From Acaryochloris thomasi RCC1774 (GTDB taxonomy: Bacteria > Cyanobacteriota > Cyanobacteriia > Thermosynechococcales > Thermosynechococcaceae), in the NCBI RefSeq assembly GCF_003231495.1, contig NZ_PQWO01000009.1:1-32000 (forward strand): 32,000 nucleotides of DNA. Direction: 5' to 3'. The position numbers and the translations under genes are program-made. Each line of letters starts with the position of its first letter. Positions within the stretch are counted from its first letter, which is position 1. The notes under the pieces are model-generated. The model was not told where the DNA came from. It did no database searches and worked only from the letters and a program-made list of their open reading frames with translations. This document shows, one piece after another, positions 16,348 to 25,949 of this stretch.

Positions 16348-16842
16348 CTATATCACTTCTGATTGCTTCTGAATAGTTGCTGCCTGAATGTGTACGGGAA
16401 AATTGACAGAATTAGCAATGAAACAGAGCTGATGGGCTCGATCATGAAGCTGATCAGCTAGTAGTGCGTTAGCGCTTTGCTCAACTGTGACTTGAGGGAA
16501 AAGACGTACCTCCGCAAAGCATCCGCTGCTGTTCTTTTGAACGATCATTTTGCCGACGGCATCGTCGCAGTAGTCTGTCACGACAATGCTTGCTTCAGCG
16601 CAGAGATGGAGATACCAAAGCATGTGGCAGCTTGCCAGAGAAGCAACGAGCAATTCCTCGGGGTTGTATCGGCTGCCGTCGCCCCGAAATTGTGGATCTG
16701 ATGAACCCAGAAGTGGGGGCTTGCCTTGGACCTGAACGACGTGAGCACGCTCGTAGCCAGTATAGGTTCGGGTTCCTGTGCCTAAATTACCTGTCCATTG
16801 CACACCAACCCTGTAGGAATGGCTTGTATCTGATGCTTCCAT
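16348..16842 (-). CDS. OsmC-family peroxiredoxin-like protein
   Basis: 164 aa. PEELLVASLASCHMLWYLHLCAE carries the two conserved OsmC/Ohr-type cysteines. Confidence 0.8.
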   Translation of the reverse strand: MEASDTSHSYRVGVQWTGNLGTGTRTYTGYERAHVVQVQGKPPLLGSSDPQFRGDGSRYNPEELLVASLASCHMLWYLHLCAEASIVVTDYCDDAVGKMIVQKNSSGCFAEVRLFPQVTVEQSANALLADQLHDRAHQLCFIANSVNFPVHIQAATIQKQSEVI

Positions 16843-16895
16843 CTCTAGTGCCTCGCTAAGAATCGCTGTGCCAACAGAGCAAAAAACGCTTTAAC

Positions 16896-17150
16896 ATGGT
16901 AGACGTTGCGCTGATGCTGTGGATACGACTGATGTTTTTCGACGAATTATCACCTTTGTTTCAAGAGTTTCTGCAAAAGCCTTTGGCCTTCATGGGCGGG
17001 TTTACGTCGGGCGTTTTTCGTCTCAACCTTGCAGATGATCCGGTGAAGAGTTGGCTAGAGAAGGAAACGGGTAAGCCTGTCTCTGATACTGCTGCTTCTA
17101 ATTTCGACAGCAGCAAGAATGGTGGTCCCCAGTCCATCAGTATTGACTAG
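16896..17150 (+). CDS. Small hypothetical protein (start uncertain), coupled to the downstream gene
   Basis: 84-aa ORF. Internal Met codons (MLWIRLMFFDE) are alternative starts. The stop TAG (17148-17150) overlaps the GTG start (17150) of the next gene by 1 nt. Confidence 0.45.
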   Translation: MVDVALMLWIRLMFFDELSPLFQEFLQKPLAFMGGFTSGVFRLNLADDPVKSWLEKETGKPVSDTAASNFDSSKNGGPQSISID

Positions 17151-18055
17151 TGGCTGAGCTGCGCATTGTTTCGCTGATCCCCAGCGCGACTGAAATTGTG
17201 GCAGCGCTGGGATTAGTAGATTGCCTGGTGGGGCGTTCGCACGAATGCGATGCTCCCCCTGCCGTTGAGTCTTTGCCGGTTTGTACGGCTCCTAACCTTG
17301 ATCCCCAGGGCAGCAGTCGAGAGATTCATGATCGAGTTGAAGATTTACTGCAGGCAGCGCTCAGCATCTATCGGATTGATCTCGAACAGCTAGAGCAGCT
17401 ACGACCGACTCACGTGATCACTCAGGCTCAATGTGATGTGTGTGCCGTTAGTCTTTCTGAGGTTGAGGATGCCGTTGCTCAACTGACGAATCATTCGCCG
17501 CAGATTATTTCGCTTCAGCCCCAAATTCTGGGAGATGTGTGGCAGGATATCCGGCGTGTTGCTGCGGCTTTAGGAGTGGATGCAACTCCTTTGCTTTCTG
17601 CGCTGCAGGCTCGCTTGGATGTCTGTCAGAATCGGACGTACGCTAGTCGTCCAGGGGTAGCCTGTATCGAGTGGACCGATCCGTTAATGGCTGCAGGTAA
17701 TTGGGTGCCAGAGCTGGTCGAAATTGCGGGTGGTAAAAATTTGTTGGGGCAAACGGGGCAGCATTCTCCGTGGCTAACGTGGGATGCGCTGGTCGCGGCT
17801 AACCCTGATGTGATGGTGCTGATGCCCTGTGGTTTTGATTTGGAGCAAACTCGGAGGGCTGCTCAGGATATGATCCAGCATCCTCACTGGGGAAAGCTGA
17901 AGGCTGTGCAGGCGCAACAGGTTTTTCTGGCGGATGGTAATCAGTATTTCAATCGCCCGGGTCCGCGCCTTGTTGATTCGGCGGAGCTGCTGTGTGAAAT
18001 TTTCCACCCAGAGCCGGTGTCAGTCTATGGCGGTCAGGGCTGGGAACGGCTTTAG
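17150..18055 (+). CDS. BtuF-like cobalamin/siderophore periplasmic-binding-fold protein without signal peptide
   Basis: 301 aa. LRIVSLIPSATEIVAALGLVDCLVGRSHECDAP is the typical N-terminal block of class III (BtuF/FhuD-type) binding proteins. GTG start. No N-terminal hydrophobic leader. Confidence 0.7.
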   Translation: MAELRIVSLIPSATEIVAALGLVDCLVGRSHECDAPPAVESLPVCTAPNLDPQGSSREIHDRVEDLLQAALSIYRIDLEQLEQLRPTHVITQAQCDVCAVSLSEVEDAVAQLTNHSPQIISLQPQILGDVWQDIRRVAAALGVDATPLLSALQARLDVCQNRTYASRPGVACIEWTDPLMAAGNWVPELVEIAGGKNLLGQTGQHSPWLTWDALVAANPDVMVLMPCGFDLEQTRRAAQDMIQHPHWGKLKAVQAQQVFLADGNQYFNRPGPRLVDSAELLCEIFHPEPVSVYGGQGWERL

Positions 18056-18086
18056 ATTTTAAGAGTAAGCTGATGAAGACGATACG

Positions 18087-19040
18087 ATGCAAGGACTCTG
18101 GCTAGAAGATCAACGACTCCAGTTCTGTACTGATCTGCCCCAACCCCAGCCCGCAGAGGGGGAGGCTCTCGTCCGGGTGCTTTGCGCGGGCATCTGCAAT
18201 ACCGATTTGGAGCTACTGCGGGGCTACTACCCCTATACGGGGGTGATTGGCCATGAGTTTGTTGGGGTGGTGGAGCAGGGGCCTGCTGATCTGATCGATC
18301 AGCGAGTGGTGGGTGAAATTAATGCGGCCTGTGGTGTCTGTCACTATTGCCAAATCGGCTGCCCGACGCACTGTGAAAATCGGACGGTGCTTGGGATTAT
18401 GAATCACCATGGAGCGTTTGCAGAATATTTGACGCTGCCGGCGAAGAATCTTCATTTGGTCTCGGAGGCAATTTCTACGGAGGCGGCGACGTTTACAGAA
18501 CCGATTGCGGCGGCGCTAGAGATTCAGGAGCAGGTTGCAATTGAGAGATGCGATCGCATCTTAGTCGTCGGAGACGGTAAGCTGGGGCAACTCATCGCTC
18601 AAACCCTAGCGCTAACGGGCTGTAATTTGCGGGTGGTCGGTCGTCACCCCGAAAAACTGGCCCATCTCGAAGCCTTGGGAATCTCAACCACTCGCGAAGA
18701 ATCTATCGAAAACCGTAGCTTTGACATCGCTGTGGACTGCACCGGCAATCCAGCAGGGTTTGAAACTGCACGCAAGGCGCTCCGCCCTCGGGGAACTCTA
18801 GTGATGAAAAGCACCTATGCTGGCAATCTCAGCCTAGATGCTTCGGCGTTAGTCGTCGATGAAATTACAGTAGTGGGATCTCGATGTGGACCCTTTTCTA
18901 AGGCGTTGAGAGTCTTAGAAAAGGGACAGGTCGATGTCCAGCCTTTGATTCATGCTCAATATCCATTGTCCGAGGGATTGATGGCGTTTAAACAGGCCCA
19001 GCAGCGCGGAACCTTGAAGGTCTTGCTGCAGATGGGCTAA
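18087..19040 (+). CDS. Zinc-dependent medium-chain alcohol dehydrogenase family protein
   Basis: 317 aa. Catalytic zinc context GICNTDLE...GHEFVGVV. Structural zinc cluster CGVCHYCQIGCPTHC. Rossmann motif VVGDGKLG. Confidence 0.85.
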   Translation: MQGLWLEDQRLQFCTDLPQPQPAEGEALVRVLCAGICNTDLELLRGYYPYTGVIGHEFVGVVEQGPADLIDQRVVGEINAACGVCHYCQIGCPTHCENRTVLGIMNHHGAFAEYLTLPAKNLHLVSEAISTEAATFTEPIAAALEIQEQVAIERCDRILVVGDGKLGQLIAQTLALTGCNLRVVGRHPEKLAHLEALGISTTREESIENRSFDIAVDCTGNPAGFETARKALRPRGTLVMKSTYAGNLSLDASALVVDEITVVGSRCGPFSKALRVLEKGQVDVQPLIHAQYPLSEGLMAFKQAQQRGTLKVLLQMG

Positions 19041-19562
19041 CTATTTCTCTTGAGACTGAAGGGGCTGAAAAAGGCTCAGCGAAATTCTTGAGCTGCCTTC
19101 AGCTCCTTCTGAATCTGGCTGTAGCTGTACAAGTAGACTGTCGCGCCCATTTTCGAATTGAACCTGACGTATAAATCCAAGTTCTGTATCGCTAGATTCA
19201 TAGCCCAGTTCTGACATTTCAGTCTTATACCAATCGATCACTGTATCTTCTGGATCTGGCGAGCGAAAAGCTGCGTGAGTCGCCACTAAGCGGTCCGGCA
19301 GAATCGCCGTGGAGCTTCTCAGAACTTTCGTTAACTCTGGATCAAACTTGCTGGGCTGGTAGACGGGAATATCCCCTAGCGCTGCGACGATGTCATCTTC
19401 ATTGACAGGCTTCTGAATCTCTGTGTACACCCGTTGTCCGAAATAGCCAACTCCTGCAACACAGCCCGCGAAGCCAAGCAGTACCATAACGCTGCAGCCG
19501 ACAATACCCCAAACCCAAGGAGCTTGCTTTGAACGAGTGGTCGGTGGTGTTGGGGTGGGCAT
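19041..19562 (-). CDS. Hypothetical membrane-anchored protein
   Basis: 173 aa. Pro/Thr-rich N-terminus, then one TM helix (WVWGIVGCSVMVLLGFAGCVAGVGYF) and a soluble acidic domain. Its stop abuts the ADH stop with no gap. Confidence 0.5.
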   Translation of the reverse strand: MPTPTPPTTRSKQAPWVWGIVGCSVMVLLGFAGCVAGVGYFGQRVYTEIQKPVNEDDIVAALGDIPVYQPSKFDPELTKVLRSSTAILPDRLVATHAAFRSPDPEDTVIDWYKTEMSELGYESSDTELGFIRQVQFENGRDSLLVQLQPDSEGAEGSSRISLSLFQPLQSQEK

Positions 19563-19748
19563 TGTTCTTAGATGATTAATAGCTTCAAGTCTATCGCTCG
19601 AATGTACTTGCCCGAATTAAAGGCTATACCTCGCGACAGTGTTTTCTGGAGCTGCGGGCTTGAAAGTCGTTTGCCAAAATCGACAGGCGCTACTCTAGAG
19701 ATACTTTAGTAACGCTCCTGCGTACCTCTTTCGAAGAATGGAACTTTA

Positions 19749-21209
19749 ATGCCTCTTGATGCTCCTGATAGCCGAAACCAGAACCCGACAGATGACTTGA
19801 TACAGCTAGAGTCTGATCTTGAGCAGGCGATTCAGGACTTTGAGCGCATTCAATCTGATTTGGGCTACCAACATGCACAGGAGTCTTTACAGATGCTGGT
19901 GCAGAAGCTAGATCTGTCGCGGCGAGAACAGGCGGGGCTGGAGTCTGAAATTGCCAGCCTGCAGTCCATGCTGGATAAGTTGGAAAATCAGGTGGTTCAT
20001 ATTGCGGTGTTTGGCCTCGTTAGTCGCGGTAAGTCTTCGTTGCTGAATGCGCTGGTGGGGCAGTCTATTTTTGCGACGGGACCGACCCACGGCGTCACTC
20101 AAACCACACAGCAGGCTCGTTGGGATGTGGCTGAAAATGCTGATGGTTTAGTGCGCGTCTCTCTGGCAGGCAATGGTCGATCGCAAGTCCAGCTCATTGA
20201 CACCCCCGGCATTGATGAGATTGCTGGAGAGGAACGGGAGCAACTGGCTAAAGACGTGGCTCAGCAGGCCGACCTGATTCTATTTGTGATTGCGGGTGAT
20301 TTGACCAAGGTCGAGTATGAAGCGCTATCGAACCTGCGGCAGGCTAGTAAGCCGCTGCTGCTGGTGTTCAATAAGGTCGATCAGTATCCTGAGGCAGATC
20401 GACAGCTCATCTATGAAAAAATTCGTGATGACCGGGTGCGAGAACTGCTCTCCCCCGACGAGATTGTGATGGCGTCAGCTGCCCCTCTCATGGCGAAGGC
20501 CGTGACGCGAGCAGACGGTAGCCTCGGGGCTGAACTGGTGCCGGGACCGCCTCAAATTACGGATCTAAAGCTGAAGATTCTAGAAATTCTCAATCGGGAA
20601 GGTAAGGCGCTAGTGGCTCTCAATACGCTGCTCTACGCCGATGAGATTCATGAGCAGGTGGTGCAGCGGAAAATGGAAATCCGAGACCGGAGTGCCAATC
20701 AGATTATTTGGCAGAGCGTGATGACGAAAGGGGTTGCGATCGCACTGAACCCGATCACTCTGGTTGATATCCTCAGCAGTGCCGTAATTGATATCGCTAT
20801 GATTCTCACCCTGTCAAAGCTCTACGGTATTTCTATGACTCAGCAGGGGGCCGTGGGCCTCTTGCGAAACATTGCGGTGGCAATGGGGGGCATCAGCGCT
20901 ACTGAACTGTTGGCAACCTTTGGACTCAGTTCTCTGAAGGGAATTCTGGGCGTTGCTGCACCGGTCACGGGTGGGGCATCACTGGTACCCTATCTGTCGG
21001 TTGCGATTACTCAGGCGGCGGTGGCAGGGGTATCGTCCTACAGTATTGGGCAGGTGACCAAACAGTACCTCAGCAATGGTGCATCCTGGGGGCCGCAGGG
21101 GCCGAAGACGGTGGTGACAGAGATTCTGGAATCTCTAGATCAGACCTATATTCTCAATCGCATTAAAGCGGAGCTGCGTCAGAAACTCGATCCGATGTCA
21201 CGGGCTTAG
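19749..21209 (+). CDS. GTP-binding protein with C-terminal DUF697-type membrane domain
   Basis: 486 aa. G1 GLVSRGKSSLLNAL, G3 DTPGIDE, G4 NKVD. An N-terminal coiled coil is present. The C-terminal hydrophobic region is VAIALNPITLVDILSSAVIDIAMILTLSKLYG... Confidence 0.8.
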   Translation: MPLDAPDSRNQNPTDDLIQLESDLEQAIQDFERIQSDLGYQHAQESLQMLVQKLDLSRREQAGLESEIASLQSMLDKLENQVVHIAVFGLVSRGKSSLLNALVGQSIFATGPTHGVTQTTQQARWDVAENADGLVRVSLAGNGRSQVQLIDTPGIDEIAGEEREQLAKDVAQQADLILFVIAGDLTKVEYEALSNLRQASKPLLLVFNKVDQYPEADRQLIYEKIRDDRVRELLSPDEIVMASAAPLMAKAVTRADGSLGAELVPGPPQITDLKLKILEILNREGKALVALNTLLYADEIHEQVVQRKMEIRDRSANQIIWQSVMTKGVAIALNPITLVDILSSAVIDIAMILTLSKLYGISMTQQGAVGLLRNIAVAMGGISATELLATFGLSSLKGILGVAAPVTGGASLVPYLSVAITQAAVAGVSSYSIGQVTKQYLSNGASWGPQGPKTVVTEILESLDQTYILNRIKAELRQKLDPMSRA

Positions 21210-22320
21210 TGATTTGCCCACGGTGCTGCTGAACAGCGGCTTGGAGTCTAGGCGCTAGCCAGCTTTCGTGGTGGGGATAGACCGGCAGGCGAGGGGTTAA
21301 CTCGTAGCCTGCAGTCTGCAACGTTGCCGATAGCTGCTCAAGAGAGAGATGGTGATAGTCGGGGTTGACTTCGTCGCGGGGGACGATGCCTCCTAGGTCT
21401 CTGGCTCCTGCCTTGAGGCAATTTATGAGAATATTGGGGGTCTCAATCAGGTTAGGGGGAACTTGAATCGTAATGTCGGGGGGGAGAATTTGGGTTGCGA
21501 TCGCAACGACCTTAGCTAAATCCTCAGCACTAAACGCCTCACCTTCCCAGGTTTGCCGCTCTCCAGGACTATGGGGCTGCAAAATGACCTCTTGAATATG
21601 GCCCCAGCGACGATGAACGGTGGCGATTGCCTCTAGCGTCGTTCTGCGATCGGCCTCCGTTTCCCCGAGACCCAGTAGCAAGCCCGTCGTAAACGGGATT
21701 TGCAGCTCTCCAGCCCACTCTAGCTGCTGCAGACGCAGATTAGGCTCCTTACTGGGGGCGTGACGATGGACGGTCTCCAAGAGCTTAGGACTAAGCTGTT
21801 CTAGCATCAGACCCATTGAAACATTCACCGAACGCAACCGTTCCATCTCAGGGTGGCTGAGCGGTCCAGCATTGGTGTGGGGTAGAAATCCGTGGTTCAG
21901 CGCCAGTTCACAGAGCTGATAAAGATGCTCAAACCAGCCTGAACGCCGTGGACTACTAGGGTGGACTTCGCCACTGAGCAGTAAGATTTCAATGATCCCC
22001 CGTCCCGCCAACGAGTGCAGACGTTGCTCGGCATCCGCCAGCGTCAGCCATGCATCCTGGCCGGGATCGACCCGGAAGTTACAGTAGGTGCACCGATTGA
22101 AGCACTCATAGGTGGGCACGAGTGTGTAGGCAGGGCTGTAGGTAATTTGTTGTTGGGACAGGAGAGACTGGCTTGGCAAAACAAAACTTGAGTGGCGCAC
22201 AGCCCCTATTGTCTCAAATAAACTCTGTCGTTGGCTACGAACAGCGGAAACTGTTCCCGCTGGCTGTGAAGAGGGATCTTTTCTTCGTGATCGCCTTCGA
22301 TAATTGCGTATTTTGTTCAA
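21163..22320 (-). CDS. cofG: 7,8-didemethyl-8-hydroxy-5-deazariboflavin (FO) synthase subunit CofG, radical SAM; start uncertain
   Basis: Motifs: ITYSPAYTLVPTYECFNRCTYCNF (CxxxCxxC), LPHTNAGPLS...VNVSMGLMLE, IPFTTGLLLGLGETEADR, WGHIQEVILQPH, DLGGIVPRDEVNPDY. The track start is a TTG and adds a basic ~40-aa extension. An in-frame GTG at 22200 is a plausible alternative start. Confidence 0.85.
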   Translation of the reverse strand: MNKIRNYRRRSRRKDPSSQPAGTVSAVRSQRQSLFETIGAVRHSSFVLPSQSLLSQQQITYSPAYTLVPTYECFNRCTYCNFRVDPGQDAWLTLADAEQRLHSLAGRGIIEILLLSGEVHPSSPRRSGWFEHLYQLCELALNHGFLPHTNAGPLSHPEMERLRSVNVSMGLMLEQLSPKLLETVHRHAPSKEPNLRLQQLEWAGELQIPFTTGLLLGLGETEADRRTTLEAIATVHRRWGHIQEVILQPHSPGERQTWEGEAFSAEDLAKVVAIATQILPPDITIQVPPNLIETPNILINCLKAGARDLGGIVPRDEVNPDYHHLSLEQLSATLQTAGYELTPRLPVYPHHESWLAPRLQAAVQQHRGQITKPVTSDRVSDAAPL

Positions 22321-22577
22321 CTCTGTCTGCTTGAAAACAGACTTTTGTGCAGAACTCAGATTAAGCTAATAACTAACATTGATGGGGGATGGAATTAAAG
22401 GATCCTTTACACGGAAAAATTCCATGAATCGATGAGTGGGGTTGCTATCGGTAAATGCGTAAAGATTCAGCAAGGGGCGAGCTGCTCTTCTGTTGAGTTT
22501 TTTCTGAGGAAAAAAGAAATAAGGCAGTCGGCCTATCCTCATACGTTTCATCCATCGTTTTTGTACCAAGATCTCCT

Positions 22578-24263
22578 ATGCCTGTTGAGTCTCAGCCTGT
22601 TACCTGTCCCCAGTGCGGATATGGTCGCAATGCGTCTACCGCGAAACAATGTGAGAACTGTGGTCGAAAATTGAGCCAGCCCAACCGGCTCCGCTCCATT
22701 GCTCCAGTTTTATTGGCCTATGGCGTGCTCATTGCAGGAGGATACTTCTTAGCAAAGAACATCATGCTGCCCTTGATTTTAGGTGATACTGATCGCTCAG
22801 CAGAGGTTTCATCTAGGACTGTAGACCGTCCTGAACTGACGCTTTTAGGCGATACGTTCAGCGGGTACAGTACCTTTCGCAATGGGGCTTTCCAAAGCGC
22901 CCTCGAAGAGTCGGGTACTACGCTCAACTACGAAGATGAGTTTGATCAATCGGCCCGAGCGGCGGCGCTGGGCAACGGCAAAGCTGACTTTCTAGTGACC
23001 ACGCTCGATCAATTTCTACGCCACAAGCCCAAGGGCAAGATTGTTGGCATGATCGACAACACCATTGGGGCCGATGCCGCAGTATTGAACAACAAAAAGT
23101 ATCCCCAGCTCAAGTCTTTGCTCGATCTCAAGAAGCTGGTGGATGAGGCGAAGGCGAAGGGCCAAAAGCCGAGTATTGTCTATGCAGTAGATACCCCCAG
23201 CGAATATTTAGCGTTGGTTCTGGATACCAAGTTCGATACGTTTAATCTGTCTGATTTTGATCTAATCGAGGTTGCCGATGCCTCTGACGCTTGGGCGGTT
23301 ATGCAAGAGCCGTCTAAAAACGTTGCGATCGCAATTCTCTGGGAACCCTTTGTCACGCAGGCGCGCGAGCAGGGGTATACGGTAGTACTCTCCAGTCGAG
23401 ACACGCCTAAGTCAATCGTTGATGTGTTGGTGGCCTCTGACCGCGTCATTCAATCCCAGCCAGAGCAGGTCTCCAACCTGTTAGAAACCTACTACCGCCG
23501 CATTGACACCAACATGCGCTCGGCGGCAGAACTGCAGCAGCAGATCGCTGAAGACGGCGATCTCGCGCCTGAGGATGCCGCCGCCGTTTTAGACGGGATT
23601 GATTTTTTCACAGCCGCAGAGTCTAAAACATGGATGGAGAAGGGGACGCTCACGCAGCGGATTAATGCGATCGCATCTGTGCTAGTTCTCTCAGGACAGT
23701 TAGATGCCGTGCCTGCAGAACCACAGAAATTGTATAACCCTGAGCCATTGGCTAAGGCGGCGAAAAATACACAAACCCTGATTAGCCTGATTCGAGCTGA
23801 CGATCCCGAATTGGCGGCGAAGTTAGAGGGAGCTGTTGCCGGTCAGGGAAGCCCTCAAGCTGCCGTCAGCACCCGCCAAATTCAGGATGCACCGAATATT
23901 GGCAACCTGGATGTCCAGCAGGTTCGGTTCGAGTTTGCTTCAACGCAATTGGCCGACAACGGCACCCAGGTTCTGGATCAGCTGGCAGCGGAAATTTCTG
24001 AATTCAACCCAGAAACGGTGGCTGTACGGGTGATTGGTCACACCTCTAAAACTGGAGATCCTGAAACAAATAAGATCATCAGCCAGCAGCGTGCAGATGT
24101 CGTTGCTCAGTACCTAAAAAATAAAGGGCTCAAGCAAAATATTAGTGCCGAGGGCAAAGGCTTCAGCGAACCGTTGCCAAATATATCCCCAGATGATCCT
24201 CAAAATCAGCGAACTGAAATTCGGCTGGTTCGCATTGATTCTCAAACCGTTAGCTCACGATAG
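22578..24263 (+). CDS. Zinc-ribbon / TM / substrate-binding-protein-like / OmpA-C fusion protein
   Basis: 561 aa. CPQCGYGRNASTAKQCENCG (zinc ribbon), then TM helix IAPVLLAYGVLIAGGYFLA. A ~330-aa domain follows with an ABC substrate-binding (NMT1/phosphonate-like) look. The C-terminal OmpA/MotB peptidoglycan-binding domain reads VRVIGHTSKTGDPETNKIISQQRADVVAQYL...NQRTEIRLV. Confidence 0.8.
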   Translation: MPVESQPVTCPQCGYGRNASTAKQCENCGRKLSQPNRLRSIAPVLLAYGVLIAGGYFLAKNIMLPLILGDTDRSAEVSSRTVDRPELTLLGDTFSGYSTFRNGAFQSALEESGTTLNYEDEFDQSARAAALGNGKADFLVTTLDQFLRHKPKGKIVGMIDNTIGADAAVLNNKKYPQLKSLLDLKKLVDEAKAKGQKPSIVYAVDTPSEYLALVLDTKFDTFNLSDFDLIEVADASDAWAVMQEPSKNVAIAILWEPFVTQAREQGYTVVLSSRDTPKSIVDVLVASDRVIQSQPEQVSNLLETYYRRIDTNMRSAAELQQQIAEDGDLAPEDAAAVLDGIDFFTAAESKTWMEKGTLTQRINAIASVLVLSGQLDAVPAEPQKLYNPEPLAKAAKNTQTLISLIRADDPELAAKLEGAVAGQGSPQAAVSTRQIQDAPNIGNLDVQQVRFEFASTQLADNGTQVLDQLAAEISEFNPETVAVRVIGHTSKTGDPETNKIISQQRADVVAQYLKNKGLKQNISAEGKGFSEPLPNISPDDPQNQRTEIRLVRIDSQTVSSR

Positions 24264-24295
24264 TGTCTTTGAGCGTTCCTGCTGCTCGACAGCGG

Positions 24296-24694
24296 CTAAC
24301 CGTTCGCTTCAGATACAGCTCTGACTGCAATCAGGCCGCCTAAACTAGCTCCTAACAGACCCAGGCCACTGCCAAGCAGCATCCAAGGCCAGCTTTGGGT
24401 GGGCCAGATGACTCGCCAAACGGTGATCACTGCCAACACCAAGCCCACCGTTAAGTTGATGGCGCCTAAAATAAACCCGGTGCGAATAGAAATGGCCCTC
24501 CAGGTTTCAGGCCGCTGCTGCTCTATCCAATCCAAGAACCGACGCGCCAGCCAGCCGCTAGATAGAACCGCCCCCATGCCCGTGACCACCGCCAGCGTCG
24601 TTCCCTGCGAGAGGTTGACGGAACCGAGCATTGCTCCTAAACCCGCACCGATTGTCAGTGCGATCGCAACTAAAACTATCCAGGCCGTGACCAC
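24296..24694 (-). CDS. Small integral membrane protein (about 4 TM helices)
   Basis: 132 aa, almost entirely hydrophobic G/A/L/V-rich segments. Confidence 0.55.
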   Translation of the reverse strand: MVTAWIVLVAIALTIGAGLGAMLGSVNLSQGTTLAVVTGMGAVLSSGWLARRFLDWIEQQRPETWRAISIRTGFILGAINLTVGLVLAVITVWRVIWPTQSWPWMLLGSGLGLLGASLGGLIAVRAVSEANG

Positions 24695-24748
24695 TGCTTG
24701 CCCCTTAGTGAAAATATAGACCGGCTCTATTGTCCCTCAATCCCGCTC

Positions 24749-25801
24749 CTAGGGATAAAACGACAGCTTCGGTAAGCCCAAATCTTCCGGCCAGCCCATC
24801 ATCAGGTTAAGACACTGAACAGCTTGACCGGCCTGTCCCTTCATCAAATTATCAATGGCGGACATCACCACCACGCGACCGGTGCGCTGATCGACCTCAA
24901 TGCCGATGTAGCAGAGATTGGTTCCCCAAGCCCACTTGGTCTGCGGATAGACGCCACTGGGCAAAATCTGTACCCAGGGTGCATGACGATAGAAAACGTT
25001 GAAAATAGTCAGCAGATCTTCAGTGACTAACCCCGGATCGCGCAGCGTGGCGTAAACCGTTGATAAAATCCCGCGTGTCATCGGAACGAGGTGGGGCGTG
25101 AACTGCACCATGATTTCATTGCCTGCCAAACGACTGCAGATCTGCTCAATCTCTGGTGTATGTCGATGGCGTGCTACCCCGTAGGCTCCCAGCGTTCCCT
25201 CTGCCTCAGCATGAAGGAGGTTCAGCTTTCCCTGTCGGCCACCGCCTGATGTTCCGCTCTTCGCATCAATAATGGCGCTCTCCGGCTGAATTAGACCTTG
25301 CTTGAGGAGGGGCGCTAAAGCTAGCAAGCTCGCGGTGGGATAGCATCCCGGACAGCCAATTAGTTGGGCGCTGGAGATGCGATCTCGATACAGTTCCGGC
25401 AGTCCATAGACGGCCTGTTCTGCTACTTCAGGCCGAGGATGCGTGGTTCGATACCACTGCGTATAAGTAGATAAATCAGAAAATCGATAGTCCGCTGATA
25501 GATCGAGAACCTTGCAACCCTTTTCCACCAGCTCTGGGGCCATTTTGACTGCCAAACCATTGGGCAGAGCCAGAAACACAATCTCGGCGCGCTGGGCAAT
25601 CTCTTCTAAGTTAACCAGCTCAATATCTCCCATCCCCCGATGATGCAGATGGGGATAGATCTCTGACATGGCTTTGCCAGCACTCCCTTCGCCACCCAGA
25701 AAGACCAAATCGACATTGGGATGCTCCGTCAGCAGGCGAACCAACTGGATGCCACCATACCCCGATGCCCCAACAATCCCGACCCGTGCCTGGGAACCCA
25801 T
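24749..25801 (-). CDS. argC: N-acetyl-gamma-glutamyl-phosphate reductase
   Basis: 350 aa. [18 protein letters not shown], the active-site context [15 protein letters not shown], and [10 protein letters not shown]. Confidence 0.95.
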   Translation of the reverse strand: MGSQARVGIVGASGYGGIQLVRLLTEHPNVDLVFLGGEGSAGKAMSEIYPHLHHRGMGDIELVNLEEIAQRAEIVFLALPNGLAVKMAPELVEKGCKVLDLSADYRFSDLSTYTQWYRTTHPRPEVAEQAVYGLPELYRDRISSAQLIGCPGCYPTASLLALAPLLKQGLIQPESAIIDAKSGTSGGGRQGKLNLLHAEAEGTLGAYGVARHRHTPEIEQICSRLAGNEIMVQFTPHLVPMTRGILSTVYATLRDPGLVTEDLLTIFNVFYRHAPWVQILPSGVYPQTKWAWGTNLCYIGIEVDQRTGRVVVMSAIDNLMKGQAGQAVQCLNLMMGWPEDLGLPKLSFYP

Positions 25802-25949
25802 GATCTATATCCTTTGCAGATAGTGTTTTACAGCAGCAGAGGGCTGCTAGTGCATTGATAGCATTGGTGCATTGTAGTACCAAAGTTTGATTCTGAATGC
25901 AAAAATCTAACGGTGAAGCGGGTGCAGGTAGGGCCGCGATCAGATTAGA

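Noticed and set aside
25802-25949. Looked for an FMN riboswitch upstream of ribBA
   Set aside because: The 148-bp spacer is too short and lacks the conserved FMN-element core sequences that I can recall. Only a short hairpin and GCATTG repeats are present.
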